From: a virus
Lineage: Duplodnaviria; Caudoviricetes
IMG/VR virus record: IMGVR_UViG_3300025789_000018
Strand: one strand, 5' to 3'
Length of the DNA stretch: 64,000 nucleotides
The stretch's first letter is position 1. Each line of letters begins with the position of its first letter. Shown here piece by piece: positions 1 through 8,949 of the stretch. The translations under genes and the position numbers were made by a program. The notes below the pieces were generated by a model. The model was not told the DNA's origin and searched no databases. It saw nothing but the letters and a program-made list of their open reading frames with translations.

Positions 1-1
1 T

Positions 2-481
2 TTTATATCCATTCTGATTAATGAGATTGTGTACAATATCACGTTTTCTTACGGCAGGATCACCAGGCTTATTACCAGCCCTGCGAACATGCACTTTATT
101 TATATCTACTCCATACTTCTTCATAAACTCGGCAAACTTTGGCTGATCGTCAAAGTCTGCCCGAGCAGTTAGTATCTCAACCTTACCGCCATTATTATGA
201 ATGGCTTTCATCTTAGCAAGCATCTTACGAATAGGTTTACCCGTTTGATGCAACTTGCTAGATGATCTAAAGTCAGAGAAGTCATATGAATGACCTGGAT
301 CTAACTTATGCGTATTGAACTGTTGATTACTTAAAGACTTCACTCGCTTGCCATGTTCATCGTTTACATGAATAGCGAGTGAACCTGGATCGTGAGTAAA
401 CAAAGTTTCATCCATGTCAAAGGCATGGAGTGTGTTTTGTGACTCGACAATGAAGTTTTTAAAGTTCGTTACGTTGTTCAT
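2..481 (-). CDS. HAD-superfamily phosphatase-like protein (partial, runs off window start)
   Basis: Not in ORF track. My translation is MNNVTNFKNFIVESQNTLHAFDMDETLF...VEILTARADF..., with DxDxT motif I and a LTAR motif II. No stop before base 1. TATAAGTA lies upstream at 486-493. Confidence 0.7.
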   Translation of the reverse strand, partial: MNNVTNFKNFIVESQNTLHAFDMDETLFTHDPGSLAIHVNDEHGKRVKSLSNQQFNTHKLDPGHSYDFSDFRSSSKLHQTGKPIRKMLAKMKAIHNNGGKVEILTARADFDDQPKFAEFMKKYGVDINKVHVRRAGNKPGDPAVRKRDIVHNLINQNGYK

Positions 482-508
482 GTTCTACTTATAAAACATG
501 TTCATGTA

Positions 509-865
509 TCAAGTATTGCTTGCAAGAAACTTTTCAATACGCAAGGCGATTGCTTCATCTGGATCTTGAGAATAATGAATAATAGCAGCCTGTGCAAGCT
601 TTAGAAGTTTGATAATGTCATCTTGCACTGTCTCTTTTACCAACTCGATTTCATCTTTGTAGATATAAACCGAAAGGTCATGATGACCAAAATAACCAGA
701 ATCAAACTTTACCCGATAATATATCCCATCAGTTTGTCCATATGGATCGATTTTTTCAGTGACAGTACCCAGACTACCGACATCAAGTCCATTATCAGGT
801 TCGTCAATATAGCCCGTTGCCGAACTGGTAAGCTTAACTCGATCACCAACATTAAACATAATCAA
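509..865 (-). CDS. hypothetical protein (early, 118 aa)
   Basis: ORF with GGAG SD, directly downstream of the promoter at 910-937. Confidence 0.7.
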   Translation of the reverse strand: MIMFNVGDRVKLTSSATGYIDEPDNGLDVGSLGTVTEKIDPYGQTDGIYYRVKFDSGYFGHHDLSVYIYKDEIELVKETVQDDIIKLLKLAQAAIIHYSQDPDEAIALRIEKFLASNT

Positions 866-909
866 TCTCCATTTTGTATCAGAGAGAAGCTTTGTCTCTC
901 TATATTCCC

Positions 910-937
910 ATCATAGCTGATTCGTGGAATAAGTCAA
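910..937 (-). promoter_or_regulatory. sigma70-type early promoter TTGACT-N8-GAATC-N3-TATGAT
   Basis: Minus strand reads ttgact tattccac gaatc agc tatgat, followed by an AGAGAG..CTCTCT hairpin and the SD of 509..865. Confidence 0.8.
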
Positions 938-1494
938 GCAGTTTTGAGCCATTTCATAATGTTTTCAGGTGCAGTCTCGCCGTATGGATCATCATCGACA
1001 TTGTGACCAAAGCCAGGTTCAATGAACCACTTTTCGATCTTGCCGTTGTTTACCACTACAGCATAACGCCAGGAACGTGTGCCAAAGCCAAGATTTTCCT
1101 TATTCACTAGCATCGACATACCACTGGTAAATGTACCAGAACCGTCTGGAATGACCTTGACCTTCTGAAGCTGTTGTGACTTGGCCCAAGCATTCATTAC
1201 AAAGGCATCATTGACTGAGATGCAATATACATCATCAATGCCTAGTGCCTTGAAGTCTTTATAGTTTTCTTCGAAACCAGGAAGCTGATATGTCGAACAA
1301 GTAGGTGTAAAGGCACCAGGAAGAGAAAATAGAACTACGCGCTTGTTTGCAAAATAGTCAAACGAAGTCCTTTTTTCCCAACGATAAGGATTTGGTCCTT
1401 CAATCGAATCGTCACGCACACGAGTCTTGAATACTACGTTTGGAACGACTTCTGGTAGATACTCTTCGGGATCATACTGATGTGTCTGGTACAT
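934..1494 (-). CDS. peroxiredoxin, Prx5/PrxV type
   Basis: VVLFSLPGAFTPTCS active-site motif, ISVNDAFVM, RSWRYA. Confidence 0.92.
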   Translation of the reverse strand: MYQTHQYDPEEYLPEVVPNVVFKTRVRDDSIEGPNPYRWEKRTSFDYFANKRVVLFSLPGAFTPTCSTYQLPGFEENYKDFKALGIDDVYCISVNDAFVMNAWAKSQQLQKVKVIPDGSGTFTSGMSMLVNKENLGFGTRSWRYAVVVNNGKIEKWFIEPGFGHNVDDDPYGETAPENIMKWLKTA

Positions 1495-1497
1495 ATT

Positions 1498-1896
1498 TTA
1501 TCCTTTCATAATACGTTCACGTAGCCCAGAAGAACTATAGTTATGTTCGCGTCTGTTATAATAAATCTCAATGCCTGGCATATATTTGCCAGTAAAAGTT
1601 TTAGACTCATACTCTTCTCCTACAAACCGAATATCAATCTTCTGGGTGAGTAGAAGATTATATAGGTCACCTTCAGTGGAGTATGGAATGATTTTGTCTA
1701 CATATTTACAGGCATTTAACTGTGACCAACGTTCATATACATCTTGAACTGGCTTATTCTTTTCTGGACGATCAATCGTAGGATCAGTCTGAAGTGCTGC
1801 GATAAGAAAATCACAGTGTTCTTTAGCTTCTTCAAGCATAAGAACATGACCCGAATGAAACAGATCAAAGCAGGAACATGTAATACCAATCTTCAT
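1498..1896 (-). CDS. cytidylyltransferase (TagD/glycerol-3-phosphate cytidylyltransferase-like)
   Basis: FDLFHSGH (HxGH) motif, ER..QL..CKYVD, C-terminal YSSSGLRERI. Confidence 0.85.
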   Translation of the reverse strand: MKIGITCSCFDLFHSGHVLMLEEAKEHCDFLIAALQTDPTIDRPEKNKPVQDVYERWSQLNACKYVDKIIPYSTEGDLYNLLLTQKIDIRFVGEEYESKTFTGKYMPGIEIYYNRREHNYSSSGLRERIMKG

Positions 1897-1914
1897 AACA
1901 ATCCTTTATTTCAC

Positions 1915-2076
1915 TTAGACCTTTTCAGTGTCATCAATCACCACTTCAAGACAGACATTATCTCTGCCATAGATTAGGTCCAGACTTTCAGCAAGCTTTA
2001 AAGCAGCTTTATAATCTTCGACCAGACATTCAACAACCATTTCGTAATCTGCGTTCAATGCGTATACGTGAAACAT
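1915..2076 (-). CDS. small hypothetical protein (53 aa)
   Basis: Not in track. MFHVYALNADYEMVVECLVEDYKAALKLAESLDLIYGRDNVCLEVVIDDTEKV with AAAGGAA SD; fills the gap between tRNA-Asn and 1896. Confidence 0.6.
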   Translation of the reverse strand: MFHVYALNADYEMVVECLVEDYKAALKLAESLDLIYGRDNVCLEVVIDDTEKV

Positions 2077-2094
2077 GGTAGTTTCCTTTTTAAA

Positions 2095-2171
2095 TGGCTC
2101 CCTAGATAGGATTCGAACCTATAACGACAAGATTAACAGTCTTGTGCCCCTACCGATAGGGCCCCTAGGGA
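2095..2171 (-). tRNA. tRNA-Asn (GUU)
   Basis: Full cloverleaf: TCCCTAG/CTAGGGA acceptor stem, CAAGA-CTGTTAA-TCTTG anticodon arm, TTCGAAT T-loop, encoded CCA. Confidence 0.92.
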
Positions 2172-2179
2172 ATATAACT

Positions 2180-2650
2180 CTACTTATAACGCTCGTTGAT
2201 GAATGCAAACCACTTGTGATAGAGCCCGACTTCTTTGCCGTAAGCTTCTACCTCCCAAGGCGAATCAAAATAGTTATCTTCATGCCGCTTGGGCTTCCAG
2301 ATTTCGCCTTGCCACTTGCTGCTGATCTTTAGACCACCCCTCGTAGGGATCACGATACCGCGTTGAAGTTCATTCTTAGCGTGTTGCTTAACATGGACCA
2401 TTTCGTGCGCTAGAGTTTTAATCATACCGTCGATCTTCTGGCGCTTGAGACGAATCGTGAACCACCGAGGATTCCTAGTGCCCTGCTCATCAACACATTC
2501 GCCTTCGGCGTCTAGATTTGTTTCAATCTCCAGATCAATGGATAGATTGCGAACCATACGAGGATCCATCAACTGGCGCGCAAAAAACTCTGCTGCCTCG
2601 GTGAGTTCCTCAGCTTTGGTCGCATTGATACCTGATACGTGAACTTCCAT
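2180..2650 (-). CDS. putative zinc metallopeptidase-like protein (HExxH)
   Basis: TLAHEMVHVKQ and downstream PWEVEAY motif. Confidence 0.65.
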   Translation of the reverse strand: MEVHVSGINATKAEELTEAAEFFARQLMDPRMVRNLSIDLEIETNLDAEGECVDEQGTRNPRWFTIRLKRQKIDGMIKTLAHEMVHVKQHAKNELQRGIVIPTRGGLKISSKWQGEIWKPKRHEDNYFDSPWEVEAYGKEVGLYHKWFAFINERYK

Positions 2651-2674
2651 TTCATCTCCATCGTCTATGATCTG

Positions 2675-2703
2675 AACCTATCATGATTCGCGATGAATGT
2701 CAA
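2675..2703 (-). promoter_or_regulatory. sigma70-type early promoter TTGACA-N8-GAATC-N4-TAGGTT
   Basis: Minus strand reads ttgaca ttcatcgc gaatc atga taggtt, upstream of the GGAG SD of 2180..2650. Confidence 0.7.
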
Positions 2704-2707
2704 GTGG

Positions 2708-2944
2708 TTAATTTGGCAACCGAAGGCCTTCAGGATTGATAGGCTCAAGGGTCTTGAACCCCCATTCGACACGACCATCTTCGAGGCGAGGAAGTTCTTG
2801 ATCTTTCTTCCACTTGAGCCAACCGTTTCCGTAACCGTTGAACCCCCAGTGGCGAGAGAACCACTGACCATCCTCGCGGACAGCAGCATGAATGTGACGG
2901 CCGTAGGAGTCATGCCCCATGAACGCTTCGATTGCCTTTGCCAT
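2708..2944 (-). CDS. hypothetical protein (early, 78 aa)
   Basis: ORF starts inside the 63-bp promoter/RBS repeat. Confidence 0.7.
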   Translation of the reverse strand: MAKAIEAFMGHDSYGRHIHAAVREDGQWFSRHWGFNGYGNGWLKWKKDQELPRLEDGRVEWGFKTLEPINPEGLRLPN

Positions 2945-3004
2945 AACGAATCACCTTTCTCACTAACTACATTCTCAATGTAGCTGATTCTGAAAAAATG
3001 TCAA
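2942..3004 (-). repeat. 63-bp exact direct repeat copy 1 (promoter + stem-loop + SD + ATG)
   Basis: Identical to 3200..3262. Contains TTGACA-N8-GAATC-N3-TACATT, the CTACATT/AATGTAG hairpin and GAAAGGTGA SD. Confidence 0.95.
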
Positions 3005-3010
3005 GAGATA

Positions 3011-3202
3011 TCAGAAGCGTTCAGGACCGCCACAGATGCCTACCGCAAAGGGATACCAAGCGGTAATCGCAGCAATGGCAACGAACGGAATAGCGATGAA
3101 AAACTTAATCAACGCAATGGGATGCATAAAACTAACGAGTTCCTTGAACCCAAAGAGTTCTAGGGCAACCAGAGCGAATGCAATAGCAAAAATCTTAATC
3201 AT
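3011..3202 (-). CDS. small membrane protein (early, 63 aa)
   Basis: Two hydrophobic segments; start lies inside repeat copy 2. Confidence 0.7.
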   Translation of the reverse strand: MIKIFAIAFALVALELFGFKELVSFMHPIALIKFFIAIPFVAIAAITAWYPFAVGICGGPERF

Positions 3203-3262
3203 AACGAATCACCTTTCTCACTAACTACATTCTCAATGTAGCTGATTCTGAAAAAATGTCAA
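3200..3262 (-). repeat. 63-bp exact direct repeat copy 2 (promoter + stem-loop + SD + ATG)
   Basis: Identical to 2942..3004. Confidence 0.95.
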
Positions 3263-3444
3263 TCGGTAATGTCAACTTTGTGGCAAAAAAATGCAGGGGT
3301 GGCTCCATTGAAACCACCTCCTGAGTTTAAGAAACGACAGATAGATTTCACCTTGTCTTCCTCGGCTGAGGAATAGATGGTAAACCCAGTGGTTGTCTCA
3401 AAAATGTGGTACTTACCATCGAACGTTCTGATTCTGTATATCAA
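3259..3444 (-). CDS. hypothetical protein (61 aa)
   Basis: Start overlaps the gp41 stop (ATGA). Confidence 0.65.
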   Translation of the reverse strand: MIYRIRTFDGKYHIFETTTGFTIYSSAEEDKVKSICRFLNSGGGFNGATPAFFCHKVDITD

Positions 3445-4886
3445 GTCATTCTCAATCCGCTAAAATCTTTACGGCCGGCAGCCTTAGTCATCCACTTCAT
3501 ATTGTCTTCTTCGTTGGCACGAATACCGACCTGAGTGTTGTCCATTACCGGCTTGTCCTGATACTTATCTTTCTTAGGACCTTCTAGAATATTCTCTTGC
3601 TCAGAATCATCCACATCATGAAAACGCATCTTAGACTTGTTTACACCGATAACGAACCTCTTGTTTTCATTGATATCGCTATAGCGGTTCTTCAACTGCT
3701 TGACAAGGATCTGGTTCATTTCAGCCAGTTCATCTGTTACCATCAGAGCAAACATGAAGTCTACTGTTGCAGGCAAGCCAAATGATTCAGAGGTGTTGTC
3801 TAGCCCAAGATCAGAAGAGTTATAACCATCACGATTTGACTGTGTAGCCGTGATGATTGGTAGATCAAACTCAACCGCAAGACCACGTAGTTCTTCGGCA
3901 ATCGACTTGATGTACATATAACTATTTACAGAACCACCCATCTTCATACGTGTAGAAGCACAAATGTTTAGATAGTCAACGTAGATTACATCTGGTTTGA
4001 AGTTCTTCTTAATACGAAGTTCTTGCAATAGATGCCGGAAGTGTGCAGCACCAGCAGATGATGTTGGATACTCCTTGATAATCAACTTGCCTTGTGTTGA
4101 TGACTTGATTCGATTGATCTTCTTGTTGAAAGAATCTTTCGGTAGATCACGAAGTTCGTCCATCGTGATATTCATCAAGTTGGCGTCAATACGTTCTGCA
4201 ATCCGCTCTTCGGACATTTCCATGGTGATATAGAGAACGTTCTTGCCCATGTCCAGATGATTCGCTGCACAGTGCGTCATAAACATCGTCTTACCAACGC
4301 CTGTGGACGCTAGAATACAAGACAACGTTTTCTTAGATACACCACCCTTAGTAATCTTATTGAAATACTTCAGGTCAAACTCTAGCTTCTCTTCCTTCAG
4401 ATGGTAGAAGTCATACCTCTGTTCAGCATCACCAAGAAAGTCATGCCCGATGTTTGTATCAAAAGAGACTGCCAGAGCCTCAGTTAGAATCTCTGGCAAT
4501 GCTCCTTTACCGCGTTTGTCATCTTTGCCATCAATGATCTTGATGGAGTCCATGATTGCATTATAGACGGCTCGTTCTTGACAGAACTTCTCCGTTTCGT
4601 TAAACAACCAATCAATGGACGTAGCCAAGTCTGCATTGAATGTCTGTACAGTATCTTTGCAGATTGAATACTCATCTTCACTAATATTTGTGAGAGACAA
4701 GATTTCAGACTGCAAAGCTTCCTTTGTAGGCACCCTGTAATAAGTCTTGACATACTTGTCAATAAGTCCAAACACGATCTTGTTAGGCCGTGTTTGGAAG
4801 TATTCGGTCTTCAGGAATGGGATCACCTTTCTGCAATATTCTTCATTATAAAGTAGATGTGAAAAGATTACCTGTTCTTCAATCAC
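3441..4886 (-). CDS. gp41: replicative DNA helicase (T4 gp41-like, DnaB family)
   Basis: Walker A ASTGVGKT, VLYITMEM, IYVDYL, TATQSNR, QLKNRY. Confidence 0.95.
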   Translation of the reverse strand: MIEEQVIFSHLLYNEEYCRKVIPFLKTEYFQTRPNKIVFGLIDKYVKTYYRVPTKEALQSEILSLTNISEDEYSICKDTVQTFNADLATSIDWLFNETEKFCQERAVYNAIMDSIKIIDGKDDKRGKGALPEILTEALAVSFDTNIGHDFLGDAEQRYDFYHLKEEKLEFDLKYFNKITKGGVSKKTLSCILASTGVGKTMFMTHCAANHLDMGKNVLYITMEMSEERIAERIDANLMNITMDELRDLPKDSFNKKINRIKSSTQGKLIIKEYPTSSAGAAHFRHLLQELRIKKNFKPDVIYVDYLNICASTRMKMGGSVNSYMYIKSIAEELRGLAVEFDLPIITATQSNRDGYNSSDLGLDNTSESFGLPATVDFMFALMVTDELAEMNQILVKQLKNRYSDINENKRFVIGVNKSKMRFHDVDDSEQENILEGPKKDKYQDKPVMDNTQVGIRANEEDNMKWMTKAAGRKDFSGLRMT

Positions 4887-5035
4887 TTAACATCCTCCTT
4901 ATAGTCAATAAGTCTCACGAACTCTTGACGCTTTTTATAGTGCCAACCCATCTTGCTAATCCAACCAGTGCCTGGATTAGATCCTTGTTCATTCAAATAT
5001 TCTTTGAACTTAACTTCAAACTCTTCTTTAGTCAA
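4883..5035 (-). CDS. small hypothetical protein between uvsX and gp41 (50 aa, TTG start)
   Basis: Not in track. MTKEEFEVKFKEYLNEQGSNPGTGWISKMGWHYKKRQEFVRLIDYKEDVK; overlaps the uvsX stop and the gp41 start. Confidence 0.5.
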   Translation of the reverse strand: MTKEEFEVKFKEYLNEQGSNPGTGWISKMGWHYKKRQEFVRLIDYKEDVK

Positions 5036-6093
5036 TCCGCTTCTCCGTAGATGTCCGAGATATCTTCATTAGATACCATATCTTCCTGTGCAAGTCTATA
5101 GTTATCCTCAATATACTTGCGGAAAGATTTTGATTTCAAAACAGGAAGCCAGAAATCTTTGATGTCTGTATCTGCACGGCGATAGTTCTTTGGTAGAACT
5201 TCGCCAGTTTCCATGTCAACTTGCTGATACCAACCGTTCTTTGGCTTAATCACATGACCAGAATCTAGAGCAACATCTAGTAGACCAGACCATGTTGAGA
5301 TACCACCTTCAAAACGAACTTCAATAGGAATCTTGGACTTTTCACGAACATGGCGTGACTTTTCAACATTGATGATGAAGTTGTAACCAGTGACTTCGGT
5401 GCCATCTTTCTCTTGTTGACGACCAATGATGAAGATTGTATCAGCAGAATAATAGATACCAGTACCACCAGATACGACGGCCTTTGAGTACATTTCTTGT
5501 GTCTGATATGTGTGATTCACAACGACCATTGGAATGTCTTTGATGTTTAGATGTGGCGTAATCATACGAAACACAGACTTGATCTGCTTCGCCCGTGACA
5601 TATCTGCAACAGACTTGCCATCCTTGGCATCATCAACTTCTTTCTTAGAAGCCAAGTTACCAACAGAGTCAACAAAGATGATTACCTTGTCGCCACGAGA
5701 AATCACTTCAAGTTGCTGCATAACATCAAACTTGAACTGTTCAACGTCGGTGATTGGACTATGAATAACACGAGTAGTATCAATGCCAATGGTTTCAAAA
5801 TACTTCTTACCAGCACCAAACTCCGAGTCGTAAAAGAGGCAGATAGCTTCAGGATATTTGTCAAGGTACGCTTTGACTTCTAGAAGACAGAAGAATGACT
5901 TGAAGTGCTTTGATGGACCACACCAGAGAGTTAGACCTGGTGTAATACCACCGTCTAGACTACCTGATAGTGCAACATTGAGCATGGGAATGGAAGTCTG
6001 AATCATGTCCTTCTTATTAAAGAACTTGGAATCCGATAGCACATCTGCTTCCTTGATTGTGCTTGCTTTACGTAGTTTGTCTAGAATGCTCAT
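5032..6093 (-). CDS. uvsX: RecA-like recombinase
   Basis: GPSKHFKS P-loop, FYDSEFG, IIFVDSVGNL, SGGTGIYYSAD; start moved to ATG 6093 behind an AAGGAG SD. Confidence 0.95.
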   Translation of the reverse strand: MSILDKLRKASTIKEADVLSDSKFFNKKDMIQTSIPMLNVALSGSLDGGITPGLTLWCGPSKHFKSFFCLLEVKAYLDKYPEAICLFYDSEFGAGKKYFETIGIDTTRVIHSPITDVEQFKFDVMQQLEVISRGDKVIIFVDSVGNLASKKEVDDAKDGKSVADMSRAKQIKSVFRMITPHLNIKDIPMVVVNHTYQTQEMYSKAVVSGGTGIYYSADTIFIIGRQQEKDGTEVTGYNFIINVEKSRHVREKSKIPIEVRFEGGISTWSGLLDVALDSGHVIKPKNGWYQQVDMETGEVLPKNYRRADTDIKDFWLPVLKSKSFRKYIEDNYRLAQEDMVSNEDISDIYGEAD

Positions 6094-6135
6094 ATAATCT
6101 CCTTGGTTTAAACCAGTATTCACTGTATCACAAAA

Positions 6136-6387
6136 TCACTTCTTAGGCAATGTTTTTCCAGCGATCTTGTATAGTTTCTTGCGAAACTCTTCAATCTTTG
6201 CAGCACGATTTGGCCAATGGATGACATCTTTGTCTGCATCCTTGGCTAGATTGTCTAGTAGTGGTGTGATAGCTTTGAGTAGCTTGTCAATCGTTTGATC
6301 GTTCTTTGTTGTCTTAGAGACAATAATCGGTGCTGCAATATCTTCCGATGTGGTCGATGTGAAGCCAAAATCAAAATCTTCGTCCAT
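6136..6387 (-). CDS. hypothetical protein downstream of DNA polymerase (83 aa)
   Basis: MDEDFDFGFT...; TAATG overlap with the gp43 stop. Confidence 0.7.
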   Translation of the reverse strand: MDEDFDFGFTSTTSEDIAAPIIVSKTTKNDQTIDKLLKAITPLLDNLAKDADKDVIHWPNRAAKIEEFRKKLYKIAGKTLPKK

Positions 6388-8894
6388 TAGCTGAAAAAGT
6401 CCTCTAGTGTTGCGATCTTCTCTGACTTCCAACCAATCACATCCAGAATGCCCTGTAGTGGTGCAATGAACGCTTTATCAAACTGCATTGGATAGTCGAT
6501 GTACTTCTCCAAATCAAACTCTGATGGCAACTCAGATGGACAGGAGATGACATTTGTTCTAGCGGGATTAGGTGTTTTCATGTAACAGAACTTCACCTTA
6601 TCACCGTTTGTTATCTGCTCGTATTTATTACCTAGTCCATGACGCTCTAGCATACGATTGTACAGAATACTGCCACGAACATGAATAGGAGTACCAGAAG
6701 CATACGTTTCAATGTCTTTGGTTTCATACTTGTCTAGATCACTGACACCACGAGGGAATGCCACTTCCTCAAAAGGCAACTGTGTAAACATTTTACGAAA
6801 ATCTGCGATGAACGTTTGCAGTGTCGTTTCACTTTCGTTCATGACAAGATTTAATGCCTTCTTAATGTTATCACGACAAGATTGTGGTGTTGATGATTTG
6901 ACCGCTTCAATGCCAGACATCTTTAGCTTTGCCGAATCGTATGCAACCCCTTCTTGATTCCAGACGTTTAGGATGTATCGCTTCTTTGCTGTCCAGATGG
7001 CTTTATCGGCAATAGCTTCACGCTTCATGAACATCTTTTGTGCATATGCATTCATCCGAACAGATAGTTCCAGATATGCTTTATCGATGAATGGTTCAAT
7101 CTTACTAAGGCAAAACTTATCTAGAACTTCAACGATCTTCTTTGTGTCCGTTTCATCTGGCATGATCTTGTCGACCAGAGGTGCTAGTGTCACATAGATA
7201 GAATCTGTATCTGATGCAATGATATAATCATAGTCTGTCGTACCACATAGCTTGTTCAAGTATTCATTCATACGATCAGCAATCCAGCGGATGGAAAGCT
7301 GGCCAGACATAGTAATAGCTTCAGCGTGGTTGATGTCATACCAACGGAAGTATTTGTTGCCAAGTGCGCCATAAGCGGAGTTTAGCTGAATCTTCTTCGC
7401 CATCTGTAGGTTGTTGAGCCGTGCAATCTCTTTAGCAAGCTTAGGATCTTTGGTCTTTTCATACATCTTCTTGGCTTCGATCATCTGCTTCTTATAGACA
7501 ACACGATCATCATACATCTTGGCCATGATAGCACCAAGAAAGCCCTGCTTGTCTTTGCGATATACACAACCATTGGCTGCATAAGAGTATTCAGAGCCTT
7601 GCAACCCAGTGTCTCTAACTCTCAACAGTTGATCGATGCTTAAGAAGTCCCACATCTTTTCAACAAACGTCTCGGGTGAGATGTTGTATTGTTGAATCAA
7701 ATGTGGGTACAGAGAGTTAAGGTCGAATGAAACCATCCAACGATGCATACCTGTTTTTGGATCTTTAACATAACCACCAACAAGACTATCATCACTACGA
7801 CCAGATTTCTTCTGATTGCCTACAACGATATTTCGTTGCATCAGATAGTTGTGGATGATTACGTCCCACTGGCGCACAGATGCTAGTGTATCCTGATAGT
7901 TTACCTTTGCGTCATAAGCAATAGCAAACACCAGTTCAATCAGTTTCATCTTATCTTCTAGCCGATCAACGATATGAACGTCATGAATGTTGTATTCAAC
8001 GTAAAGCTGAAAGTTTCTTTCATACAAATCTTGTAGACTTGTGTAACCTTGTGCTTTATAGTCTAGCTTCTGATCACCAAGTTCGACCTTGGCAATATGA
8101 TCCAAACGATAGGATTCCTGTGATGTGTATGTAAACTTCTTGTAAAGTGCCATCCAGTCAAGTACAGTGATGCCCATCATGTAGTATGATGTCATCTTAC
8201 GTCCCTTGATTTCAACATCATACTCGCGAAGCATTTGCCATGGGCTAAGACGCTTCGCAGCATCTTCTCCTAGAACCATCCGAATGCGACCAACAAGATA
8301 GGGAACGTCAAAAAACTCTACGTTCCAACCAGTCAGCACATCTGGGCTATAATCATAGGAGTTCCAGATATCTAGAAACTTCTGAAACAGTTGGTATTCA
8401 TTTTTGCATTTGTAGTAGGTGATGTTGTCTTCGTGTGGTGTATAATCTCCACAACCAAACACCGCTTTCTTACCATTGCGCGAAATGGTAATAGCAGTCA
8501 CTTCATTTGGAGTTGTTTGAATGGCAGTAGCAATATCTACATCGCCAACCACAGTTTCGATATCAAGACTGACAACAGAGATTGCAGAAGGATCGTACTT
8601 GATTTCACCTGGAAATGTGTCATACATGAATGGATAGATGAAATGAGTCATGCCATAGATTGGCATTCCATCGATGTTTTCATATTTTTTCTGAAACTCT
8701 TTTGCATCATCAACCGAATCGAAGTCGATCTTACCCACAGGAGAACCATGGATGTTTTTATACTTCGTATGTTCTGTTGTAGGAATAAACAGATATGGCT
8801 TATAGTTGACAACTTGCTTTACTTGTTTGCCGTTTTGAATGCCGCGTACATACATCTTGCCGCGCTGCATGAATGTGTTTGTATAATAATCCAT
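6387..8894 (-). CDS. gp43: family B DNA polymerase
   Basis: Exo DIET, SFDLNSLYP, KIQLNSAYGALGN, SDTDSIY, C-terminal clamp-binding LEDFF. Confidence 0.97.
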   Translation of the reverse strand: MDYYTNTFMQRGKMYVRGIQNGKQVKQVVNYKPYLFIPTTEHTKYKNIHGSPVGKIDFDSVDDAKEFQKKYENIDGMPIYGMTHFIYPFMYDTFPGEIKYDPSAISVVSLDIETVVGDVDIATAIQTTPNEVTAITISRNGKKAVFGCGDYTPHEDNITYYKCKNEYQLFQKFLDIWNSYDYSPDVLTGWNVEFFDVPYLVGRIRMVLGEDAAKRLSPWQMLREYDVEIKGRKMTSYYMMGITVLDWMALYKKFTYTSQESYRLDHIAKVELGDQKLDYKAQGYTSLQDLYERNFQLYVEYNIHDVHIVDRLEDKMKLIELVFAIAYDAKVNYQDTLASVRQWDVIIHNYLMQRNIVVGNQKKSGRSDDSLVGGYVKDPKTGMHRWMVSFDLNSLYPHLIQQYNISPETFVEKMWDFLSIDQLLRVRDTGLQGSEYSYAANGCVYRKDKQGFLGAIMAKMYDDRVVYKKQMIEAKKMYEKTKDPKLAKEIARLNNLQMAKKIQLNSAYGALGNKYFRWYDINHAEAITMSGQLSIRWIADRMNEYLNKLCGTTDYDYIIASDTDSIYVTLAPLVDKIMPDETDTKKIVEVLDKFCLSKIEPFIDKAYLELSVRMNAYAQKMFMKREAIADKAIWTAKKRYILNVWNQEGVAYDSAKLKMSGIEAVKSSTPQSCRDNIKKALNLVMNESETTLQTFIADFRKMFTQLPFEEVAFPRGVSDLDKYETKDIETYASGTPIHVRGSILYNRMLERHGLGNKYEQITNGDKVKFCYMKTPNPARTNVISCPSELPSEFDLEKYIDYPMQFDKAFIAPLQGILDVIGWKSEKIATLEDFFS

Positions 8895-8949
8895 ATCACC
8901 TCAACTGTTTAGAATCTCTCAATGGCTCATCTTACACCAAAGCGAGAGA

